A stretch of DNA of 64,000 bases from an uncultured archaeon (GTDB lineage Archaea > Iainarchaeota > Iainarchaeia > Iainarchaeales > VGJJ01), in contig CAYRUV010000001.1 in assembly GCA_964427715.1 (NCBI GenBank), positions 34,552 to 98,551 on the forward strand, written 5' to 3'. Made by a program: the position numbers and the translations under genes. The notes below the pieces were generated by a model. That model did no database searches. It saw only the letters and a program-made list of their open reading frames with translations, and was not told the origin of the DNA. Positions 10,123-19,022 of the stretch are shown here, piece after piece; the first letter of the stretch is position 1; each line of letters opens with the position of its first letter.

Positions 10123-10878
10123 TTACTTCTTCTTCGCGTCTTTCGCCGGGGCGGCCTTGGCATCCTTGGCGGGAGCGGCTCCTTTGGCAGGGGCTGCTCC
10201 TTTTGCGGCCGGGGCTCCCTTGGCGTCCTTTCCAGCGGCGGGTGCAGCGGCGCCGTCTGCAGTCGCAGCGGCCCCTTCGGCCGTAGCGGCTTCGGCCTTG
10301 ACTTCGACTTTCTCTTCGCGGACCGTCTTAGGCAGGGTTCCGATGCTGGTGATATCGTCATGGGCGTCCACGCTCATCTTGAGTCCCAACTTGGGGATGG
10401 CGCGCAACAGTCCTCGTTTCACGTCTTCGACGTGGGCTTCGTTGCACAAAACAGAGAATATCTTTTGTCCGGCTCGAACACGAGCGGCTTTACCGATGGG
10501 CTTTCCGAAGGCGTGCTTCATTCCGGATGAGACACGGTCCGCTCCGGCTCCCTGGGCGAGTTTGTTTTCTCGCATGATGTGATAGGGTACAATTCGGAGT
10601 CGCATGAAGAAATTGTCTTTCCCGATTGAGTTAATCAGGTGTCGGTTCACGTTCAATCGTGCGGATTCCAATGCGTTGTCGCGGATTTGGACGTGGGCTT
10701 CCTCGTTCATGAGGTCTACAATCGAATCATACTTCTTGAGGGGGTTTCCCATGTTGAATTGTCGCGTGCGCAATCCGGGGTTCGTTCCGATGAAGTTCTT
10801 GTCGTGCTTCGTGACGGCAATACGCGTGTAGGCAGGCTTCGAAGTCGTTCGATAACAGTGTGCCGGTCGGATTCCCAT
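10123..10878 (-). CDS. rpl10e: 50S ribosomal protein uL16 (L10e) with an Ala/Lys/Pro-rich C-terminal tail
   Basis: RPAHCYR, QIRDNALESAR, RENK..GAGADRVSSGM..AFGKPIG. Confidence 0.96.
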   Translation of the reverse strand: MGIRPAHCYRTTSKPAYTRIAVTKHDKNFIGTNPGLRTRQFNMGNPLKKYDSIVDLMNEEAHVQIRDNALESARLNVNRHLINSIGKDNFFMRLRIVPYHIMRENKLAQGAGADRVSSGMKHAFGKPIGKAARVRAGQKIFSVLCNEAHVEDVKRGLLRAIPKLGLKMSVDAHDDITSIGTLPKTVREEKVEVKAEAATAEGAAATADGAAAPAAGKDAKGAPAAKGAAPAKGAAPAKDAKAAPAKDAKKK

Positions 10879-10997
10879 TTTTCATCCCTTTTTTACGTTC
10901 AACTAAGCAAAAACCCCTGGCGAATCCTTTTAAAGCGCATCCATGGGGTCGGGGTTCTTGGTCCTTGTTTTATAGCCTAAAACGCCCTACTGGGAGA

Positions 10998-12194
10998 ATG
11001 AAGGATTACGACGTAATCGTGGTCGGGGGCTCCCTGAGCGGGAGTGTTTGCGCCCACACCCTGGGAGAAAAGGGTCTGCGTGTTTTATTGGTAGACAAGG
11101 CCTCCTTTCCTCACCCGAGAGGGGGGCACGACCTCATCCTAGAGCCTGAGATGCGTGTTTTAGGGGGTATTTTGGGCTCCCGTCTGGAGGGGAAAAAGCC
11201 CCTTCCCTTAGGGGGGTTATCCTTGGTCGGGGACTCGTTGGAGGGTCCGATTCACTCCCCCTCATTCAAGGGATGTGGGCTTTCCCGCACGACCCTGGAT
11301 ATGCTCCTTTTCGAACAGGCCTCCAAGAGGATAGACTTTCGTGAAAAGTCCCAGGTGGTGGGATTGGTTAAGAGTGAACGCAAAGTCACCGGTATTCGTC
11401 TCGCCAATCTTTCCACGAAAGAAGTCAAGGAGTATTCCGCGGACGTCATCATCGGGGCGGATGGTCCTTCGTCGAATGTTTCCGAATGGATGAATCTGGA
11501 CACGTACGATCCCACGCAGACATGGGCTTCTATTCAAACGAGTGTTTCGTTTTCGGATTTCATTGATTCCTCCGTGCGCGTGCATCCATTGTTGGATCAC
11601 TCCCCCGCGTACGCGTGGATGATTCCGCAATCCTCTTCCAACATGAGCGTGGGCTTGTCCTTTCCCCTCAAGCATGTGCGCGGGAAACGATTGAATCTTT
11701 CGCAGGAATTGAAATCGTTTCTTTCCAATCCGTTCTTCGTTTCGCGCAACGCCACTTCTTCAGAATTTGTGGAATCCACCGCACGCATTCACTCGTCTCC
11801 TCTCTCTCGCTCAAGTGAAAATGTATTGTTGGTAGGTCACGCGGCCGGACTTGGAGGTCCTTTCCTCGGAGAATCATTATCGAATGAAATTCGCTCCGCA
11901 CAATTAGCCAGTGGTGTGATTGTGCGTGCGTCGGAGAGTAAGTTCGATTCTGCCATTTTGAATGAGTATTCGTCTCTCTGCGCAAAGGGACTAGAATCCC
12001 GATTGAGAGATTCTCAGAGTGTTCAGAAGTGGTTAGGATATTCTCCCGTGATGAGGCGAGGGGTTGCCAGCGCTCGAGAGACGCAGGGGATCAGTTCTGT
12101 TTTTTCGCGTATTTGGCACTGTGAGGAAGCGCGAAAGAATCTGGCGAATCCGTTGGCCCTGATCCACTCTCTCGCGTTTGGGGCCCAGAGTTAA
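10998..12194 (+). CDS. Geranylgeranyl-reductase-family flavoprotein, divergent
   Basis: YDVIVVGG, RxxLD, IGADG, YAWMIP, LLVGHAAG; several motifs are eroded. Confidence 0.75.
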   Translation: MKDYDVIVVGGSLSGSVCAHTLGEKGLRVLLVDKASFPHPRGGHDLILEPEMRVLGGILGSRLEGKKPLPLGGLSLVGDSLEGPIHSPSFKGCGLSRTTLDMLLFEQASKRIDFREKSQVVGLVKSERKVTGIRLANLSTKEVKEYSADVIIGADGPSSNVSEWMNLDTYDPTQTWASIQTSVSFSDFIDSSVRVHPLLDHSPAYAWMIPQSSSNMSVGLSFPLKHVRGKRLNLSQELKSFLSNPFFVSRNATSSEFVESTARIHSSPLSRSSENVLLVGHAAGLGGPFLGESLSNEIRSAQLASGVIVRASESKFDSAILNEYSSLCAKGLESRLRDSQSVQKWLGYSPVMRRGVASARETQGISSVFSRIWHCEEARKNLANPLALIHSLAFGAQS

Positions 12195-12219
12195 ATAATC
12201 GGCTAGCGATTCTCGGGTT

Positions 12220-12888
12220 ATGAACGCGACTCCTCGTGCTCGGAAGAGAGTAGTTTTCACTCCCATTCCTCGTGGCGCCCTTCCTGAACGTGTACAGCGT
12301 CTGCGTCGATTGGCTGCGCGGGGAGAAGTGAATGGTCGTCGCGTCCGTGAGTTGACTTCACCCGAGTTCTCTAATGTTGGATTGCATTCCTTTGTAGTGG
12401 AGAAAGGGCCTTCCAAAAAGTATCTGAATTTTAGCAGCTATAAGTGGCCGGAGCATGATAAGGAGCACGGGGTCATCTTTGCGATGCAGGACCGAGTTCA
12501 CTTCTATCCTACGCCCTATAGTTTCTGGTCCATGCTGGTGGATCATGGGATGGCAACGAGGATCAGAACGAAGCCGATAGGCAACGTATCATTGGAGGGT
12601 TGGAGAACATTGATTCAAAATGGAGGAGTCAATTCTGCCAGTTCGATTCGCGAGATGAATACTGCTCTTGCCGTCCATTTCAAATCGGTCTATTCTTTTC
12701 AACGAGGCGTGCAGTCGATGTTTAATGATTCAGTGATGCGTCCCCATCTGGATTTTTTGGGCCAATTAGTGCTGCCAGCCAATACTCTCTATGCAACGTT
12801 TCCTCCTGAAAAAGTGCGCGAGGCCACTCCTCATTTATTGGCTGTTTTTGATTTTCTGTGCTCAAAAAGACGAGCTAAGAAAAATTAA
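12220..12888 (+). CDS. Hypothetical protein with an Arg/Pro-rich N-terminus
   Basis: 222-aa ORF filling the gap between two genes; begins MNATPRARKR. Confidence 0.6.
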   Translation: MNATPRARKRVVFTPIPRGALPERVQRLRRLAARGEVNGRRVRELTSPEFSNVGLHSFVVEKGPSKKYLNFSSYKWPEHDKEHGVIFAMQDRVHFYPTPYSFWSMLVDHGMATRIRTKPIGNVSLEGWRTLIQNGGVNSASSIREMNTALAVHFKSVYSFQRGVQSMFNDSVMRPHLDFLGQLVLPANTLYATFPPEKVREATPHLLAVFDFLCSKRRAKKN

Positions 12889-13496
12889 TAGTAGTATTCC
12901 TTATCGTCGTGGTTGTATTTCTTCTTCGACTGCTTCGGCCAGCGCTTCTGGATCTCCTCGAAATACGGCTTCAACACCGGGTGCCATTTTGTTTTCCGGT
13001 TACTCTTCTCGTATTCAATCCATTCGTACAAATCTTGCTTGAAGTTCCCGTCTTTTTCGTATTCCATCGCTTGGAATAGCATCTCGAGGATTTCGACCTG
13101 TTTCATGAAAATAGCTTCCTTGGTTTTTCGCTCCTCAAATTCTTCCCATAACATGCGGAATTCTTTCTGCTCTTTTTTAGGAATCGTCTTGAAGAATTTC
13201 TCCACGGCTTTGCGTTCTAATTTTTCTTTCTCTTCTTTCGCGAGGCCTTCCGTAGGGGTGTAATCGTTGTCGAATATCTCCGTGGCGTCGTGGATTAATC
13301 CCATCTTCAGCATTTTTTCCTTGTCATACTCTTTCGGGGCGAGCAAGTAGGCCATCAGCCCGGCTCTCCAGGAATGGTCGGCCACACTCTCAACGTTTTT
13401 CACGCCGCGATTCAGCCAGCCCATTCTCTTCTGCTCCTTGAGTCCGGTCAAGGCGGTGATGGTTTCGAAGAATGGGACTTTAGTCTTGGCAGGCAT
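12885..13496 (-). CDS. HD-domain hydrolase (YfbR/HDDC2-like)
   Basis: LK..KRMGW, ESVADHSWR, IHDATE, LEMLFQAMEYE. Confidence 0.9.
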   Translation of the reverse strand: MPAKTKVPFFETITALTGLKEQKRMGWLNRGVKNVESVADHSWRAGLMAYLLAPKEYDKEKMLKMGLIHDATEIFDNDYTPTEGLAKEEKEKLERKAVEKFFKTIPKKEQKEFRMLWEEFEERKTKEAIFMKQVEILEMLFQAMEYEKDGNFKQDLYEWIEYEKSNRKTKWHPVLKPYFEEIQKRWPKQSKKKYNHDDKEYYY

Positions 13497-13528
13497 GAGG
13501 GATTGGTTCGGTTGAGAGAATAAAAGAT

Positions 13529-14311
13529 AAGCGGGGGCCGATAGCCTCAACAATGAGCCAACTCTTCACTCACCCTGCTACATGCCCATAAACTTCTTCT
13601 TAGGATATATTACATTGATGGCCGACTTATTTCTCCTTAGCGATGGATTGTGCGGACTGTATTTTACGACTTCTATTGCTTATTTTGAGCAATATTTTTC
13701 CAGTCATTAAAATATGTCGCTTTGGATCGGTAATAGTTATTGTCTTTGATTCATTATCTATATCTAAAACATGAACAGGCGTGGCAGATCCGGTCAACTT
13801 CGATAGTTTTGGCATATTTTTGTGTGCAAAACTATTTCTAAACGCAATAATTTTCTCAATAGCTTTTACCTCTTCTTTTGTCAATATCCCCATTTTATAA
13901 TAAATATTTGTGATGTCCTTAAGCAGCCATTTACTTGCAAAAAAGCTTATTGGAGTTTGATAACCTTCTTTTGAGAAAAGGATTTTCGCTTCATTTGATC
14001 TAAACGTTGCTTGGAATTCTTCTGAAAGGTGTCTTATGAAATAGTATTCTAAAATTCCATAAAGCTCTATTATTGCAATTGAATTAAGCCCCATTGCATA
14101 GCAAAAAAATAGGATTTCCTAAAAGTGCCCATTCGATAGCATCAAATTGCGAACGTTCAATCTCATTAAAGTTTTCTTTTTTTCCAAGAAACGCATAATA
14201 CTCTTCTAATCGTTTATTGGAAAAGCCATACCTGCCTTGTATGCTTTTTTGCATTTCAGTTTTGTTGTCAGAAAACATAATTGGCCATTTCTCTCATAAA
14301 GCGGGGGCCGA
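13529..14311. mobile_element. tRNA-Cys-integrated mini-island bounded by 13-bp direct repeats
   Basis: AAGCGGGGGCCGA at 13529-13541 and at 14299-14311 (tRNA 3' end); the interior is AT-rich. Confidence 0.75.
13627..14278 (-). pseudogene. Frameshifted HEPN-like (Rx4H) protein gene, about 216 aa if repaired
   Basis: ORFs 14084-14278 and 13627-14094 join if one base is removed from the A7 run at 14103-14109; FRNSFAH motif. Confidence 0.6.
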
Positions 14312-14370
14312 GAGTCGAACTCGATTTTCCAGCTCTGCAGGCTAGCGCATGACCGTTCTGCCACCCCCGC
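14300..14370 (-). tRNA. tRNA-Cys(GCA)
   Basis: Cloverleaf; GCGGGGG/CCCCCGC acceptor stem; anticodon arm CTAGC-CT-GCA-GA-GCTGG; GTTCGA T loop; U73. Confidence 0.95.
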
Positions 14371-14444
14371 AACGAGGTAACGTGGTCGCGTTCTAGGATA
14401 TGGACGCGGATAAGGGTTTTAATGCCCGTGGGCCTCTTCCGAGG

Positions 14445-15134
14445 ATGGCCTTGCTCAAAGCGGTGGTTTTTGACTTCGACGATACATTAGTCGAAAGTGG
14501 GGAGACCTCGTACCGGAACCACTGCAAGGCCGCTTATGCATTGGGATGGCCCAAGCCCTCATTTGGAGTTTTCCTGAAACACTGGGGGAAACCCTGGCAC
14601 GGGATGATCAGCGCATTGTTCCCCCACAAGGATGTGAATGAGTTTATCCAAACGTATTCTAAGATTCGCCTCTCCTCACGATACCCTTTGATTCCGGGAT
14701 CATTGGACACGCTGAACTTTTTACACGAGCATCATATCGAATTGGGTATTTTGTCCAACAAGCCCACGGATCAATTATTTCAACGTATTAATCACACGAC
14801 GATGAATCCCAAAATATTTTCATTTGTCTTTGGAGAACAATCCACCAAGTACAAGAAGCCCGATTCAAGGGTGTTTGATGAGGTTTTGTTTGCGTTTCGA
14901 AAGCATTACATCAAGAAGTCGGAAATTCTCTACGTGGGGGACTTGACGGTGGATTATTTTGCGGCCCGTGGAGCCGGAGTGGATTTTTGTGCCGTGCTGA
15001 GCGGGTTTCATTCGAAGCAGCGCTTCATGCGCGAGGGATTAGATGCCCAGCACATGGTTCCTTCCGTGAAATACCTCCCGGAATGGCTGACCGACTACGG
15101 CTACATCAAGAAAGCCCACGGAAAAGGATACTAA
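14445..15134 (+). CDS. HAD-superfamily hydrolase
   Basis: FDFDDTL, LSN, KKPD, YVGD..VD. Confidence 0.92.
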   Translation: MALLKAVVFDFDDTLVESGETSYRNHCKAAYALGWPKPSFGVFLKHWGKPWHGMISALFPHKDVNEFIQTYSKIRLSSRYPLIPGSLDTLNFLHEHHIELGILSNKPTDQLFQRINHTTMNPKIFSFVFGEQSTKYKKPDSRVFDEVLFAFRKHYIKKSEILYVGDLTVDYFAARGAGVDFCAVLSGFHSKQRFMREGLDAQHMVPSVKYLPEWLTDYGYIKKAHGKGY

Positions 15135-15200
15135 TTTTTCCTCCCCTTAATGGCCGTCTTCCACCCCAACCCTTAAATCGCCTCAGGGGGTATTCCTGGG

Positions 15201-16490
15201 ATGCGCCTCGCCATTGTTTCTGACACCCATTTGGGGTTTGCTCGAGGTTCTCCTCGCGAAGGGGATGCGTATTCTAATCTCAAACAGGCCCTAGAGGGCA
15301 TTGTGAGGCAGGAGCCGGATGCGATTATTTTCCCCGGGGACCTATTCGACCATAAGATTCCCACGCAGGAAGTATGGCACGAGTGTTTGGAATTGTTTGG
15401 TCTGCTCCAGAATGGAAAGCAGCCCTCAGTTAAAGTGACTCATCACTTGAGGGATGGGCATACGAAACAGTACTCTTATCGGGGGATTCCCATCATCGCC
15501 ATTGCGGGAACCCATGAGTATCGTTCCAAGGATTTGAAGAATGCGTTACAAGTATTGGAAACCGGAAATTTCCTCACGTGCCTGCATGCCTCTCATGCGT
15601 TGATTGAGAAGGATGGGGAAAAGGTCGCCATTCATGGGATGAGTGGAATTCCTGAGAAGCGCGCACTAGAAGCGCTGCGGATGTACAATCCTCAACCTCG
15701 GAAGGATGCGCACAATTTGTTGGTGCTTCACCAATCCATCAAGGAATTTCTCCCTTCGAATGATGACATGGTCGCCACGATTGGATTATCGGATTTACCC
15801 AGCGGGTTTGATTTGTTGGTGAATGGTCACCTGCACTGGACCTCCATCACGGAATGGGAGGGAAAGAAACTCCTCATTCCCGGATCTACGGTGTTCACTC
15901 AGATGAAGCGATTAGAGGGGGAGAAACCCAAGGGGTGGTATGTCTACGACACGAAAAACAAAGACTTGCAGATGCACCATATTCCCAAGCAGCGTAAATT
16001 GTATTATCACTGCATGAAGTTCAAGCACGCGTCTCCGCGACAAATTGTGAAAAAATGCCGAGAGATTGTGGAGGAGGACTTGAAAGTCTCGCACGAACAA
16101 CTACCTTTGTATCGTCTCAAGCTCAAAGGAACCCTTGCGAAAGGATATACGCAGGCCGATGTGGACATGAATGCCATTCTAGAGGGCTTTCAAGACAAAG
16201 CGTTGTTTTCCACCATGAAGAAGTTTGAAACCGGGGAGTTTTCCGTGCGATTGGATGAGTTGCGCGCCCTCCACCGCTCAAAAGTGAGCCTTTCTCGCAT
16301 GGGGATTGATTTGTTGGAGAAAAATCTCGCCCAAACCCCCTTCGCGCAACGATTGGACGCGAAACGATTGTTTGAGATGCTAGAGGATAAGGAAAATCTC
16401 GAGAAAACCATTCAATTGTTGGACGCGGGAGAAATCGTCAAGCGGGACAACGCGAATTCGGACGAAAAAGTAATCATTGTCACGAAATAA
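15201..16490 (+). CDS. mre11: Mre11-family DNA repair nuclease
   Basis: SDTHLG, GDLFD, GTHE, LHQ, GHLH, PGS. Confidence 0.88.
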   Translation: MRLAIVSDTHLGFARGSPREGDAYSNLKQALEGIVRQEPDAIIFPGDLFDHKIPTQEVWHECLELFGLLQNGKQPSVKVTHHLRDGHTKQYSYRGIPIIAIAGTHEYRSKDLKNALQVLETGNFLTCLHASHALIEKDGEKVAIHGMSGIPEKRALEALRMYNPQPRKDAHNLLVLHQSIKEFLPSNDDMVATIGLSDLPSGFDLLVNGHLHWTSITEWEGKKLLIPGSTVFTQMKRLEGEKPKGWYVYDTKNKDLQMHHIPKQRKLYYHCMKFKHASPRQIVKKCREIVEEDLKVSHEQLPLYRLKLKGTLAKGYTQADVDMNAILEGFQDKALFSTMKKFETGEFSVRLDELRALHRSKVSLSRMGIDLLEKNLAQTPFAQRLDAKRLFEMLEDKENLEKTIQLLDAGEIVKRDNANSDEKVIIVTK

Positions 16491-16493
16491 TGT

Positions 16494-17870
16494 TTACTTT
16501 CGCGTCTCGCGGTGAAAGTACGTCAGCGCATGCATAGCTTGCGTGGCGTCGATGGGTTCTTCGAACGTGTGGATGCCTTCTTTTTCCAATAGCTTCATGT
16601 GCATCTTCGCGTATTCCCCGCCCGCACTCACAATCAACACAGGTTTCTTTCGCTTGGTGAGCAATTCTGATAACCCTTCGATAATATCCGAATCCAGGGT
16701 GGGAACTTGGAACAAGAGGATGGTAATGATGGAGTCCACGGCGGGATCGGCCATGGCATTCTGGATGGCTACTAAGAAGCGGTTGTTGTCCGCATCCCCG
16801 GTCAAGTCCATGGGGTTCTTGATGACGGCATACGATGGAGACGCCGCAATGATGGGTTTCTTGAACGAATCTCCCATCTGTGCGAGGGTGAGGGATGATC
16901 CTTCCAACGCGTCGGTGGTCAATACTCCATATCCTCCCCCATTCGTGATGATCTGTACGCGGGTTCCTTTGGGGGTGGGCTCTGTTTCGAGTACGCGGGC
17001 GTAATCGAATACCTCTCGCATGCTATTCGCAAGGATGAGTCCGGTCTGCTTGACTACGGCTTCGAATACCTTGGCGCTTCCGGCCAAACTACCCGTGTGA
17101 GAGGCTGTAGCTTTTCCTCCCGCGTCGGACATTCCTCCCTTGATGATGATAATGGGTTTCACGTGGGCGTATTTCTTGGCGACCTGGAAGAACTTTTTTC
17201 CGTTTCGCACCCCTTCTAAGTACACGCAGATAACTTTGGTCTCGCGGTCATTGATCAAGAATTCCAGCAAGTCCGCCTCATCCACCGACATTGCGTTTCC
17301 ATACGAGATGAATTTGTTGATTCCGTAGTCTTTGCTTCCAGCCCAGTCCAGAATGGCGCTTCCCAGTGCACCGGATTGAGAGATGAAGGAGATTTTTCCC
17401 TTCTTGGGTCGCATCAAGCGATACCGGGGAAGGAATAGCGTGTCAATTCCTGAGTGGGTGTCCATAACCCCCAAACAATTGGGTCCAATGACCGGCATGT
17501 TGGGGTATTTGTCCATGGCTTTCTGCAGCTTATTAGCCAAATCGTGATTGCCTACTTCCGAGAATCCCGCAGAGATGATGATGACGGACTTGACTTTCTT
17601 TTTTCCACACTCTTCAATAGCCTTTGGGACCATTTCTCCTGGAATCGTAATCACGGCCAGCTCCACGTTCTCTTTAATGGAGGCCAACGAGGGATAGCAT
17701 TTCACGTTGAGGATATTCTCCGCGTTGGGATTTACCGGGAACACTTTCCCTCGGTATCCTCCCTTCACAAAGTTCTCCAGCACCACATACCCTATTTTTC
17801 CAGGGTTGCGGGAGGCCCCGATGATGGCGACAGACTTGGCGGTAAAGGCGTATTGGAGGTTGGACTTCAT
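16494..17870 (-). CDS. acdA: Acetyl-CoA synthetase (ADP-forming) alpha subunit
   Basis: VAIIGAS, GPNCLG, SQSGA, SHTGSLAG, TNGGG, NPMDLTGDA. Confidence 0.93.
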   Translation of the reverse strand: MKSNLQYAFTAKSVAIIGASRNPGKIGYVVLENFVKGGYRGKVFPVNPNAENILNVKCYPSLASIKENVELAVITIPGEMVPKAIEECGKKKVKSVIIISAGFSEVGNHDLANKLQKAMDKYPNMPVIGPNCLGVMDTHSGIDTLFLPRYRLMRPKKGKISFISQSGALGSAILDWAGSKDYGINKFISYGNAMSVDEADLLEFLINDRETKVICVYLEGVRNGKKFFQVAKKYAHVKPIIIIKGGMSDAGGKATASHTGSLAGSAKVFEAVVKQTGLILANSMREVFDYARVLETEPTPKGTRVQIITNGGGYGVLTTDALEGSSLTLAQMGDSFKKPIIAASPSYAVIKNPMDLTGDADNNRFLVAIQNAMADPAVDSIITILLFQVPTLDSDIIEGLSELLTKRKKPVLIVSAGGEYAKMHMKLLEKEGIHTFEEPIDATQAMHALTYFHRETRK

Positions 17871-17918
17871 TCTGGAGGGAAGTTTTTGGGCATTAAAAAG
17901 GTTGCCCAATCCCTGGAT

Positions 17919-19022
17919 TTATGGCAAAAAGTCTTCGTCCTTGATCTTTCGGGGCAAGTATTCTTCCGTGATGAAGCGGATTCCCTTCTTCGACAATGCT
18001 TCGAGTTCCATCTTGATGTTCTTCTGCTTCATCAAGTCGAACTCCTGCTGCCACTTCTTGTGCTTGAACCACTCGTAGGACTGTAATTCGTTCAATCGCT
18101 TCAAGTCCAACTGGTTCAGCTTAATCGTGACTTCCTTTGGAATCTTGAACTTGTCCACGTCTCCAACCGTGAGTCCGATGTACTTGGTCTCAGGGGTGGC
18201 GAGCTTCTCTTCCGAATACGAGAGAGAAATCGATCCCTGCTTGATAACGGAGTAGATGTACATTCCCCAGGGATCGGCATCCATGAGTGAATAAACGGGG
18301 AGCTTGTGCTCCTTGTTCAATCGCTGAACCAATCGTCGCTCTCCGCGAGCCGCTTGTCCGCGTCCGGTGATGATGATACAGTCGTTTTTCTGCCAGAACT
18401 TATCCTCGTTGAATCGGCGCCAAACAGCATCCTTTTCGATGAACAACACGTAGGAGGCGTCAATTTTCTTGATCTCCACGCGATCTTCTTCCACGTTGGA
18501 GGGAACCGACCATCCTCCGGATCCCATTTTAGACAAGTCAATCGTGTCTTTTCCGTCCTGTACGACCATGTTTCCGGAGATGATTCCCTTCGCGGAAGCG
18601 GCTAAGTGGAGTTCTTCTCGCAGGAGGTTGAGCGAGGCTTCCAAGTCTTCAATCAAAGGATCTGATTCGCTTTGGTCTTCAAAGGTGTTCTCTTGCGTCC
18701 CTTCAATCGTGTGTTTGAGCGCGTAGTAGAGATCACGAATGGATACCGTGGCGTTTTCGTGGATAACTTTCTTGATTTCATTCGCCACAAGTGCGGTCTG
18801 CATGAATTTTCGCGTGTGGGCGATGTTCAAGAATTGTCGTTCGGACATCTTGTCCCCTAATTTGATCGTGCGCGATTTTTGGTCGTAGAAAATGTTTCCA
18901 AGTGAACGCACCGGAAGTTCAATCGTGGGGTTTTCCCCCTTGTTGATTTGGCTGACGAGCTGATTTCCAAGGGTTTCCAGCTTCTTGATGACTTCCTTGT
19001 CCTTTGTCTTCGTGTCAACCAT
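17919..19022 (-). CDS. top6A: DNA topoisomerase VI subunit A
   Basis: RDLYY, FIEKDA, DADPWG, KMELEAL. Confidence 0.96.
   Translation of the reverse strand: MVDTKTKDKEVIKKLETLGNQLVSQINKGENPTIELPVRSLGNIFYDQKSRTIKLGDKMSERQFLNIAHTRKFMQTALVANEIKKVIHENATVSIRDLYYALKHTIEGTQENTFEDQSESDPLIEDLEASLNLLREELHLAASAKGIISGNMVVQDGKDTIDLSKMGSGGWSVPSNVEEDRVEIKKIDASYVLFIEKDAVWRRFNEDKFWQKNDCIIITGRGQAARGERRLVQRLNKEHKLPVYSLMDADPWGMYIYSVIKQGSISLSYSEEKLATPETKYIGLTVGDVDKFKIPKEVTIKLNQLDLKRLNELQSYEWFKHKKWQQEFDLMKQKNIKMELEALSKKGIRFITEEYLPRKIKDEDFLP

Noticed and set aside
15201..17870. mre11 without adjacent rad50/herA/nurA, and acdA without the beta subunit
   Set aside because: The partners may simply lie elsewhere in the genome; this cannot be judged from one window
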